Assembly: GCA_002633005.1 (NCBI GenBank)
Contig: NMRA01000022.1
Location: forward strand, 1,714,502-1,778,501
Direction: 5' to 3'
DNA from: Phoronis australis
Lineage: Eukaryota; Animalia; Phoronida
Length of the DNA stretch: 64,000 bases
Shown: piece after piece, positions 53,601 to 64,000 of the stretch
How positions within the stretch are numbered: position 1 is the first letter of the stretch
Layout of the letters: every line of letters starts with the position of its first letter
Made by a program: the position numbers and the translations under genes
The notes under the pieces: generated by a model
What the model saw: the letters and a program-made list of their open reading frames with translations, nothing else
Database searches by the model: none
What the model was told of the DNA's origin: nothing

Positions 53601-53921
53601 ACGGACCGCGCGTTGTGCAAATATACATAAGAAATCGGCCAATCGGCTACGAGGACAAGCATATTGATGAGGGTATGACCTTGGACGCCAGATGTGTTGC
53701 CGAAGATTACTCACCAGGTGTTACAATTGATTGGATTATGCTGACAACTCCTGACGACGTGTATGAGCATTCGGAAGTCGGACAATTTAGGACGATAAAA
53801 TCTGAAAGTTCCCTTAGGTCCTTCGTAGATTTCCAGTTGCACGGATCCAAGGTTACATGCAAGGCGACGAATACGGGAAACTTGGCTCAAGTCAATGCAT
53901 CATTTAGGTTATTGGTTCATT
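53601..53921 (+). CDS. Ig-like domain exon 11
   Basis: gtatttcAG..T|gtaagt, 321 nt; GPRVVQI..ARCVAEDYSPGVTIDW..VTCKATN. Confidence 0.85.
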
Positions 53922-54849
53922 GTAAGTAAATCTGGGAATTCAAAACGCCCCTTCCTTAGATTTTTTTGGTGTACCAACTTGTCGCAGTCATGCATTTTCA
54001 AATAATACTTTCGGGACATAAAATGCTTCTTGACTGACTGAGATTGTTTAACTTGTACTATCTGGTGCACAAAATTTGAGTCATAATCACTCCTAATTTT
54101 CTCTTGAGTAATACCCATACCCGTATTCTACACAAGACAACTGCGTAAGGTTTGATAAGCGGGGGAAAAATGCGAGCTCGACCCCCTCCTTCAGTCGGCT
54201 TTAGTCTCACCGCGACTGCCACCACCCATTTTAGCCCGGAGGTCCGACACCATAATTTCCCCCCGTCATCTTCGGTCGACAACCTAGTACTTGTCCATGC
54301 ACCTCCATCGTCACTAATTGTACCACTTGACAACACCTTTACCTCCGCTCGTAGGAAAGTACACATTGTTGGGCAATGAAGCCGGCATCAGTCCATCGTC
54401 CATGGTCGTCGCCTATTTCGCATCTTGCTCCATCGCCATCATAGGCACGCAGAGTTTACTGCTAGGGGAGCAAATAGTGTACAGGCAGCCTCCAAAAACT
54501 TACCTTTCCACGCTTCAACAAAATTACGTAAAAAAGTTGTCCGCTTATTTTTGTACTTTTTCACTTCATTACAGAACCAAAAACATGGGCTGCCCGAATC
54601 ATTTTTTGAGCCATGTACAAAAGTAAGGTAAGATACCCCTACTGCGGGCTGTAAAATCTGGAGAAACGTGAGGAGGAGGATCATCACCTCAGAATCCGGC
54701 CCTTAGGAAAGTAAACATTATTGAAGGGGAGGGGGAGACCCAGCTGAGACTTTTGCGCCCCTTCCCCATTGGCACCATTGCCCCTTCCCTCCATTCTCCA
54801 GATGTCGCCCTATTCCACCCGCCATACGTCGCGCGGAAGCAAACATCAG

Positions 54850-56480
54850 TATTGATAGGGACCACAACACCCCACAAACGACACAACCGTACACCCTACA
54901 AACTTGACTGTTTACAAAACTGTATTCTCACAATCATCACAAACACCCCCACAAACTCTCCACAAGACACCTCCACAAATTCACAACTCTTCACAAGCCA
55001 CCAGAGAAGCCACAACACAACAGAGATAGGTGTCGCTTGTAACTAGTTACATACCAGGCGGGTGTTCAGTTGGCCCAAGGACCTATGCTAGGACCTAGCT
55101 AAAATCTAGTCAAAGTCACGTGTTCATTTAAAGTACACGGCAATATCTCACGTAATCCCGCGAAGTCTTGCTTTTTAACGAGGTCCTAGCGTTGCTGAAC
55201 GGGAGGCAGCATTAGTAAACACTAGCCGGTCAAGTTCAATACAGGAACACAGGGGCATTACTGGAATAATTTTTCCCAAACAAAGGCGCCGACTCTCTAG
55301 GTGAAGGCTGCGTGCAGAATAAATTGATTGGCACCAGGCCCGACTGTGCCGCCGATAACAAGCCTACAATTGGAAAGATAAGTTACCCTGAAGTACTGGG
55401 CGTGTATTCGGTGGTCGGTGCCAAAATCTGTTGAAACTGTGGAAACACAGGACATGTGTTGGCAGTGAGCAGTATGAGAGAACCACTGTACCTACAAGCA
55501 TTTCTCAGTTAAAAACTGGACTCGGCAAAGTAAATGCTGATATCCAGTGCACAGAGCACCAAAAAGGTGACAAACCATAATGACACCGAGCAACGCAGTT
55601 CCCATGTGACATTCATCCTACTTATAGAGTGAAGTCGGGGAAAACCATGAGAACTATTCTCGCCAGTCTATGTACATGTACTAGTCACCATCGGTATGAG
55701 CGACATCATAAATGTGCTATTCGACATACAACCTCCGAGGAACCCTAACCGTTCATGTACCATCAGTAAATACGACCACATACAGACTTCATAGTTTCAA
55801 ACATGTCTCCTCTTAGTGACGGAACCCTCCAGACGGTGCCATTAAAAGTTTATATGAGCTTTATGAGCTTATCATCCTTCAAGTGTCTTAACAGAATATT
55901 AAAACCGGATTCTCTGCTGCAAGTATGTGTATACGTTCCTTAGTTAGTCTTTGTAAACTTCATGTAATGAATGTCCCTGCTCTCAATCCTTTTTTCGTGT
56001 ATAGTTATCACATAATACTACTTTGTGATGCTGACCTAATTGTATCACAACTTCTTCTAAATACTGTAAATATTTTAATGCAACTCTTGCTTTAGATCGA
56101 CTACCTACGGGCTAGTGTTCACCGTTCGTGTTGCTTTGAGTATAAATAAACAGACTATGTATGTATGATGTACCAACATGTATGTAAAACCTAACTTGCT
56201 AATGCCTAAGTCACGCCCACATACGTATCTCTCACATGATTCTCGTAATCATACCTACTGAGATAGCGACACCTGTTTCTGGTGTGTTGTGGAATTTGTA
56301 GTGTTATGTATTGTGTAGGGGTGGTGTTGTCAGAATATGGGGAAAGTGTGTGAATTGTGGGATGTTGTTTCGATTGTGGGGGATGTTGTAGATGGTTTTA
56401 GAGTGTTGTAGTCATTGTTTGTGTGCGGAGGGGTGGGGGGGGGGTTGTGGTGTGTGTGGGGTGTTGTTGGACCTATACGC
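54850..56480. mobile_element. Unclassified element with CA-rich/GT-rich imperfect inverted ends
   Basis: atagggaccacaacaccccacaaac..aggtgtcgct (54854-55037) is mirrored by agcgacacct..ggggtgttgttggacctat (56265-56477). Confidence 0.45.
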
Positions 56481-56782
56481 TTCCATACATCATAACCCGA
56501 GTAACCATGTTACAACTAAGTTTGTAGTCATGGAAAGCGAGAATGAGAGCTAAAGGCTGAGATTTCATGTCTGTATTTCTCAAGTGAACTATGGCTGTAA
56601 GCTACATGTAGCAGCTGAACGTGTGAAAATATGAATTGGATAGACCAGGGTAGCCGCTGCTTAGCTATGATTTACTTGAGCCAGGAAGCTCAGCTCTTTC
56701 CTATCTATCGGTACTGGCCATAAGGTAACAACAACCATTCGGTAACAGCAGTGCTACGGTGACTGTTCCGATTCATTTCTAG

Positions 56783-57076
56783 TTGGCCCTAAAAGAGCAG
56801 ATGCCTTAGTCGACGACAAGCAAGTAAGTCTCGTCCGCGTAAACGAAAGCGACTCAATCACATTGTCGTGTAGAACCGATGACGTATTCCCCTCGGCCGT
56901 AGTGGAGTGGTCGCACGGGACTGATAAGGCCTCGTATCGCCAGGGTATGCGATATTATTCACGCACGACGCTATCCGAGGTATCCAAGGGAATGAACCGC
57001 CGCAATGTTACCTGCACTGCAAAGCGTCCTGATTCAGTCAGTTCAGTTAAGGCAGAGGTTACACTATACGTTACAC
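56783..57076 (+). CDS. Ig-like domain exon 12
   Basis: ttcatttctAG..C|gtacgt, 294 nt; GPKRADA..LSCRTDDVFPSAVVEW..VTCTAKR. Confidence 0.85.
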
Positions 57077-58905
57077 GTACGTAATGCGGTGTGCGCTAAT
57101 CTGAAAAAGTTTCGAATGTTCGCTGTATTTCCGTATCGTGTGCATAGTTTAGACATAGCTGCTCAAATATTTTCACGCTCATCAAAATTCTAGAAATGCC
57201 CAACTTTTCTGGATTTTCTTCTTTTGAAAATTGTGTGCACTTTGCTAAAAATGTGAATTGCTCTTCTTTCGTTGTGGTACGAATCTCATGACTCCAATGC
57301 GTCGACACATCTGAAGTAACGTGTTAGCCCGCAGATGAGTCACTTACCCAGAAGCAGATAGAAAAGCTCTTGCTATTTCACATTGCATCATTAGGTGAAT
57401 GAGGACTTGATCTTTGTAGGACTTCTCAAAAAGTTTTAGCATCACTATAATATAATCTTTTCTTACGCCACCATTTTCACATTGATAAAAGGTGTTCAAA
57501 ATTTGAGGATATTGCCGAAAATTGAAAATAAGTCTCCAAACAAGATGTACATGTTTAATAAGAGAAGTTAATTGCGTGTCTCATCATAAATCTTGCGAAT
57601 CAAATAGCAAGTTCAATTAAGAAAAAAACATAACGAAATTAAATTATAAAAATTAAAGTTGTGTGCCACCTAGTGGAAGAATTAAGTAGTGGCCTTTTAC
57701 ATTGTACAACAGACACTGCATCTCTTTGTTTTTTTAATGACATAGTTGGGAATATTATTTAGGAATTCATTCAGGATATTAAATGTGGAGTACTGGTGTG
57801 CCACAAATTCACATAATTAATATACAAGGACACAAGAGCTAACTTTGTGTAAAAAAAACAAGGAAACAAGATTTTCAGATTTATTGAATAAAAAACATTT
57901 CATCTCAAGAAATCAATTCAACGTTTGCAGATCATCCTCCAGGGCTCTGGATCCCTAGAAATTGGGGCCGAATATCGACCCCATTCTCTTCACAAAAATA
58001 TTCAAAACTCACACGAAATTACCCTCATCAGGTCGAAAAATTCGCCTGCGAACAATCAAACATTCCCCTCATGCTTTGAGACAACCTCAAAAATATCGTG
58101 ATGACTTTAGTCACGAGGCCGCCCGACACCAGAAACGTCATAAACTGGTTTCCTTATAAAACAAGTGTCACTTACAGGAGTGTTAGAACCATTTTTGTGA
58201 TATTACACTCTCGCGTATTGACACGCAAAACCAAAAACCTCCATGTGTCCTTGGCTGAAAGTGGCACCCAAACAAGTTCTACAAGAGGAGAAATATGAAA
58301 AACCATGCAGTAGAGCACAGAAACATACAGAAAAGTGTCTTTTCAATGGTGCACTTTTCTTAGAAACAGTCCCAAGTCAGACCGCACTTGAAATCATCTC
58401 GGAAGTATTTGTGTTCTTCTGACGGTGACTAGAGGTTGGTACTTCATAATGACTTAATGTTATATACAGTGTACATACTGATTAGTGAATTCATAAAAGA
58501 GTTTAGAATCCCCTCTGAGTAAAAAACGCCGCGAAAACTTACCTTTTAGGCGGTACAGGCAGCGTTCCATCGGGTGAGTGAGGGCACTGTTGCTCGTGCA
58601 ACTTGTGTCTTAAAGAATTTTAGCAAGAGCACAGGGTAGTGCCATCCACTGTATGCTGATCCTACAATGCTCCACGTTCCATCTAAATCCCTTTAGGGAC
58701 GGCGCATACATGAACTGACTACTATAGGAGAATAAAGCCTAATTAGATTTTTGTTCATTAACGTTAACTAAAAGGATACTAGGCCCTGTTTTGATGACTT
58801 CAATCGATGATCGTTCTGTCACCTGCTGATGCATGGTCGGCGCACTATAGGAGGCTGGGGAGCTACACCCCCACTTTTTTCACTGCTGCGCCGCCCATGT
58901 GATGC

Positions 58906-59788
58906 AACATTGGCGCCAATCGTGGAAATCAAAGACATGAATCAACTAAAACTCATCCTCCCCATGTCACAGATTGGACCTAATGGTCCTTGGTGGGTGG
59001 CATTTTCCCACAGTTTCCGCGAAATTCGCTAAAAGCATAGGACACGCTTTCCGGTTTAGCAAACTTTGAAAGGTTGCTGAGGATCGGTTACAGAACATTA
59101 TTTTGTGTCGGAGAACTGGATGTGAAAGCCGCTTTTAGAATCTGTTAATAAGCCAAAACCATGGGCTGCGCAGCACTGAAAAATGTGGAGGCTAAATCCC
59201 CCACCCTCTGTGGTGCACCAGCGATAGACCATGGGCGGTGCAGTACCGAAAAAAATGGTGCTATATCCCCCAGTCAACTATGGTGCGCTGCCCAGGAAAA
59301 CCAGGTTTGGTATCCTTTCAAGCAGAAGTGCGCGTTGAATAAGTCANAACATTGGCGCCAATCGTGGAAACCAAAGACATGAATCAACTAAAACTCATCC
59401 TCCCCATGTCACAGATTGGACCTAATGGTCCTTGGTGGGTGGCATTTTCCCACAGTTTCCGCGAAATTCGCTAAAAGCATAGGACACGCTTTCCGGTTTG
59501 GCAAACTTTGAAAGGTTGCTGAGGATCGGTTACAGAACATTATTTTGTGTCGGAGAACTGGATGTGAAAGCCGCTTTTAGAATCTGTTAATAAGCCAAAA
59601 CCATGGGCTGCGCAGCACTGAAAAATGTGGAGGCTAAATCCCCCACCCTCTGTGGTGCACCAGCGATAGACCATGGGCGGTGCAGTACCGAAAAAAATGG
59701 TGCTATATCCCCCAGTCAACTATGGTGCGCTGCCCAGGAAAACCAGGTTTGGTATCCTTTCAAGCAGAAGTGCGCGTTGAATAAGTCA
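58906..59788. repeat. ~440-bp direct duplication around a single N (59347); likely assembly/haplotype artefact
   Basis: Two copies differing at very few bases, joined at an N. Confidence 0.7.
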
Positions 59789-59989
59789 AAGCAGAATGAA
59801 GTTCATTAACGAACTAATTCAGCGCGTTGATTAATCACATGTCAACAAGCAGAAAGGCACTCGTTTAAGAACCCATTGGCTCTTTATATGGTAGACCTCA
59901 CAGTCAGTTGAATATATGCACAGTAATATGCGACACGATAAACAAGCTCCGCCTATTACGAAATAAAGCCCACACTCATAACGTTTCGA

Positions 59990-60463
59990 CAATATTTTCT
60001 TTCAGATTAGAACATGCTGTTATAAGTGCCTTTTGCACTTAGAGGGACACCTTAGGAGGCCGTTGATATCTTTAATTCCTTCCAACCCGAATAAATACTT
60101 CCGTAATCAAACTTCGTTCAGTTCCTCAAATCGGCAAATGCACATTTTTACACTGTGCTCCCTCCTATTTTACCGCGCCCGGCATGAGCGGGCGCAGTGT
60201 TAAAATGGCCAGTTGCCAATTTGGGCAACTGAACGAAGGTCAGCCAAAATGTTTGAGTATTCATTAGGGTTGGAAGGAATCAAAGACATGGACGGCCTCC
60301 TAAGGTGTCTTCCTGTGCGCAAATGCTACTTATGAAAACGCGACTTTGATATTTTAATCAGATTGAGCCATAATTCGTCGAAAAGCTTCCAGCGTATGAA
60401 GCTCATGCTATAAGATCTTCATCGTCTCTACTGGGGCCAGCGAGAGACAACGGTCACTATCTA
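59990..60463. mobile_element. Diverged palindromic relative of the 41746-42677 element
   Basis: acaccttaggaggccg..ttccttccaacc mirrored by ggttggaaggaa..cggcctcctaaggtgt; shares ataattcg.cgaaaagcttcc with the 42.6-kb TIR. Confidence 0.55.
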
Positions 60464-60559
60464 CTATACGACTGTCAGAACTATCCATTATTCGCTTGCT
60501 TAATTATTCCTTTTACAAGTAAATGGATTCCTTCTTTGATGCAGTATTGTCCGTTGCAG

Positions 60560-60889
60560 ATGGCCCCAAGTCAGTGATAGTAACTGATGACAAGCAACGG
60601 AAATTCAGCGAAAACGCTGACATGGATGTCATCACGGGAGTAACGTACACTCTGAATTGCCTCACTGATGACGTGTGGCCTGGAGTGCACATTGAATGGC
60701 ACGGGGCGTCTGGTCTGGGCGAGCAGATGGATGTGAGATCGCAACAGTCGAAGACCGGAATACGAGTATCAACGCAACTGAGCATGGAGCCAAACATTTC
60801 AAGTGACGAGCAGGTGTTGTGGTGCATCGCCGTAAACTCTGACAATGCTGGCATATCAGCAAAAGCAAAACTTACGCTGAAAATAATAC
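60560..60889 (+). CDS. Ig-like domain exon 13 (membrane-proximal)
   Basis: ccgttgcAG..C|gtgagt, 330 nt; GPKSVIV..LNCLTDDVWPGVHIEW..LWCIAVN. Confidence 0.85.
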
Positions 60890-62299
60890 GTGAGTGAAAT
60901 AATATTTCAGTAAGAAAACAATGAGAAATTGGTCAAGCGTATTTTAAAAAGCCAAGGCCAAATGTGTTGTCCTTGCGGACTTTACTGGCGAATGAATGCA
61001 TGCGGCAAAGTACAACGATGTTAAAACTATCCAACGCATGACGATACTATGTGCTAAAAGGGACACCGAGAAATGTATACGGATGTTTGATTAGGCCACG
61101 GGTTCACAGATATCGAGGTACATAGCCACAAATCGACCAGCTCGTTTTAGGTCGTAGGTGTGGGCTCGATAATGACTTCCTTTCTAGCACACAGCATCAT
61201 CTGATGTTAGATTGTTTTGTATTGTTGTATTCTGTTCCTTGCTACGTCCTCAACGAAACTTTCATTGCCAGTTCTAGAACTGAATGTCAGATATATGCTA
61301 ACCTATTTTTAAACTGGTAGAAAAGTTTTCATAAAGAGAATGAAAATTTCGATTTTCAGGAAACGCATCGTCAGTCAACGAGTTAGATATTAAACATGCT
61401 GGACAATAAATAACTGGATGTCTTTGTTCTACTGAGAACGTAAACCACTTGGCTGGAATAATTTCTTGTACCATAACGATACCTGTAACAAAAAAGAAAG
61501 TGAAACTTAAAGGTCGTTGCAATAAGGCTGCAATAACATCAGCAACTACTTACGTAGGTAACTAAGCACCAGAAATTACTTACTGGTATGTAAACAAGGC
61601 AAAAAAACGCTTTCCTTGAAATGGTAGAGTTCTTTCCATGAAAATGTTTGTTTCAGTGCCTACAACGTGAAAATACGTACACCTTGCGAATGCTTTTATC
61701 TTACTCAATAACTCGAGTTAAAAGGATAATAAACCCTGTTTTGACGATTTCAACCATTACCGTCATTCTGTCACCTGATGCATCGTTGACGTCAATCTTG
61801 AAAGCTAGAGGCAAGAAACAACTAAAAACACACACCCCGTATCTCACGTGATATTGTTAGATATCGTGTTCCTTGTTGGGTGGTCTTTTCCCACAGTTGC
61901 CCTGCATTTCGCTAAAACCCCATTTAGCAGACTTTGAAATTAGTTTTCAAATTTTTGGCCAAATATTTGAGGGTCACAGTATTGTTTTGTTTCTGGGAAC
62001 TGGATGAGAAAGTAGCTTTTAGTATCTGTTTTAAAATTTAAAATGGGCCAAAAGAGCGGATTTGGTATTTTAAGCAACAGGTACCAAAATGTCCAAAAGA
62101 AGTTATTAATGATGCAAAATGTTGTTATTATGAAATTATCTTTTATTCAATCGTGACATCACTGGCAGATTTGATTTTAAAGGAAATTATTACCTTTTCA
62201 AGGTATAATGGACAATTAGAAAAAATGAGCAACTAAAAATACTGCAGACCAGAATCAACTATGCTTTTGACCTATATTCCTTTTCTCCACATGGCCATC

Positions 62300-62460
62300 G
62301 CTACCTGCCTACGCCCCTGCCTCCCTCCCTCACTCCCTCCGTCCTTCCTTCCCTCCGATTTTGTCTGTCGCACTCTCCGTGCCTCCCTCCCTCCTTCAAG
62401 CTGCCTGCCTCTCCCACGCCTCATCCACTCTTCTATCATACTTTCATCCCTCTCTACTAT
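62300..62460. repeat. (CCCT/CCTT)-rich low-complexity tract
   Basis: ctccctccctcactccctccgtccttccttccctcc. Confidence 0.7.
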
Positions 62461-62610
62461 AGGAAAAAAATTCTGATAATCTCTCGTCCTAACAGACTAA
62501 CCTCAAGAGTGTAATGTATGGACGAACTCCAGATAAGCTCTTCTCTTCAAGCTTCTCTGGTGGCTCTGGGAATATCTCAGTTTTATAAAGCATATTTCCA
62601 TATGTTGCAG

Positions 62611-64000
62611 AGTCAGAAGATGTGCTCATGCACGCTGATCTTCAAAACTGGGCCGTCCCTTTGTCCGTGTTCCCGGCCGTTGCGCTGCTTTTGGGGGTGC
62701 TCGTAGCTGTGTACAAGCGCATGAAAGTGAAGAACATACTGCGGCGGCATGGTCAACTCGAACATGAGTTACAGCAATGTTTGAAAGAAGGAGATGATGA
62801 GACTGCAGACGTTGCAATGAATAAGTACAAGGCGTTATTGAGTAAAAACAAGACACTGGTTAGACCCAATGAAGAACTGGTCAAAAAGGTTGAGGACAAA
62901 CTGGAGACGTCAAACACTGAAGTAAACGACCTCTTGACCAAGGTTAAGAAGGACATCGGTGTAGCAGTGGCTAGCGGTGACGCCACACAGATGGAAGCAG
63001 TGCTGAGAGGTCTGAAGCAGTTCTGCACCGACCAAGGAAGTCACTTGAGTATGCAGAAAGTAAAAAAGGAAATGTACAAGCTTCAAGACGAGATCGAGAA
63101 AGTGAAACCGACGGCAATCAAATTCAACGAAGTGGATTTCCCCCAGCCTGAAAAGAAAACGGTGTTCACGCCAGACGTTGGAGCTGTAAAGAGACCGTCA
63201 TCAACATCGGGTCGGGAGCCGGGTCAACTTGACTTAAAAACACAGTGTGATGCTCTAGTGAAGGGATTGTACGCAGCTATCAAGGGCGGTGACCAGACTG
63301 CAATAAAGGAATCATTAGCTAACTACCTGGAGTTTGTTCAGGAAAATAAAGGAGCGGTGAGGAGGGATGAATATTTGATAGCGCGTGCAAAGGCGTGTTC
63401 GAGCCAACAGTTACAGGATTTACACCAAGAACTCGTGTGCCGCCTGAGGGAATCCATGGCCGCAGCGCAACCTGCGGGGTCAGATATTGCCTCTGGACTC
63501 CAGTCTTACAAGGATTTCGTTCGCAAAAACGAGCGCTATATCCCAGCGAACACAGGTCTTATTGCTGAGGCTGAAAGCATGCTTACTCGTTGCAGGAGTG
63601 ACGCAAAGAGGCAAGCGATGTCTTCCAGATCGAAAACAGAAGGAACGTCTGGCGGTTCTTTGTTAGAGCCAGAGCGCGAATTAAGGAAACATGTACTAAA
63701 CATAGACACAGTGACGTTTTCATCTATGAAAGATTACAAGAAACCACCCCAAATTGTGCACAGGGTCGTCAAAGCTACTTTACTTATACTGGGAGACTCC
63801 GAACAGGATATCGAGAACTGGGAAACGTGCCAAGATCGGCTTGCCGTAGTTCCTTCGCCCAACAATCGCGGTGGTTTGTTCAACCGCATAACACAGTTCA
63901 AGGTACAGTCAGTTAGTCCCGAAATTGCTGCCAGAGCAAGATGGTACTTAAAAGGTCTTTCAAAAGAGTTCGTTGAAATGGTCAACTCCGGAGCAACAAT
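62611..64000 (+). CDS. Large phase-1 exon: transmembrane helix, cytoplasmic helical repeats and dynein-MTBD-like domain (open past the window end)
   Basis: tatgttgcAG acceptor; ~463 stop-free codons; TM WAVPLSVFPAVALLLGVLVAVY (62649-62714) followed by KRMKVK; C-terminal ..SMKDYKKPPQIVHRVVKATLLILG..NWETCQ.. Absent from the ORF track because there is no stop in the window. Confidence 0.85.

Noticed and set aside
58906-59788. Duplicated small ORF MGCAALKNVEAK.. in a ~440-bp tandem repeat
   Set aside because: The junction is a single N and the ORF lies in repeat-derived sequence; likely an assembly or haplotype artefact.
5981-60889. Naming the gene Dscam, nephrin, hemicentin or CEACAM
   Set aside because: No FN3 or EGF domains were seen and the cytoplasmic region matches none of these, so no symbol was assigned.
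62611-64000. A true dynein heavy chain gene
   Set aside because: No AAA/P-loop modules or long stalk coiled coil precede the MTBD-like segment; a TM helix and unrelated helical repeats do.
1-64000. CRISPR arrays, operons, rRNA or tRNA genes
   Set aside because: The sequence is intron-rich eukaryotic DNA; no repeat-spacer array or recognisable structural RNA gene was seen.

Overview
This is eukaryotic DNA, probably from a marine invertebrate (inferred from GT-AG introns and the transposon repertoire). The window is dominated by one large plus-strand gene, partial at both ends, that the ORF track largely misses. It has three Ser/Thr/Pro-rich micro-exons, then 13 intact symmetric phase-1 exons each encoding one C2-type Ig-like domain, plus one truncated copy. 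A large exon follows (62611 to beyond 64000) encoding a transmembrane helix, four helical repeats and a C-terminal domain that matches by eye the dynein heavy-chain stalk microtubule-binding domain (MTBD). A single-pass multi-Ig receptor with a cytoplasmic dynein-MTBD-like domain is the most notable observation. The introns are packed with decayed and nested transposons: Tx1/L1, L2/CR1-like and RTE LINEs, Gypsy fragments, a DIRS/Ngaro-type tyrosine recombinase, Academ-like and KolobokP-like elements, and several MITEs. All domain and family calls come from manual translation and motif recognition; no searches were run.
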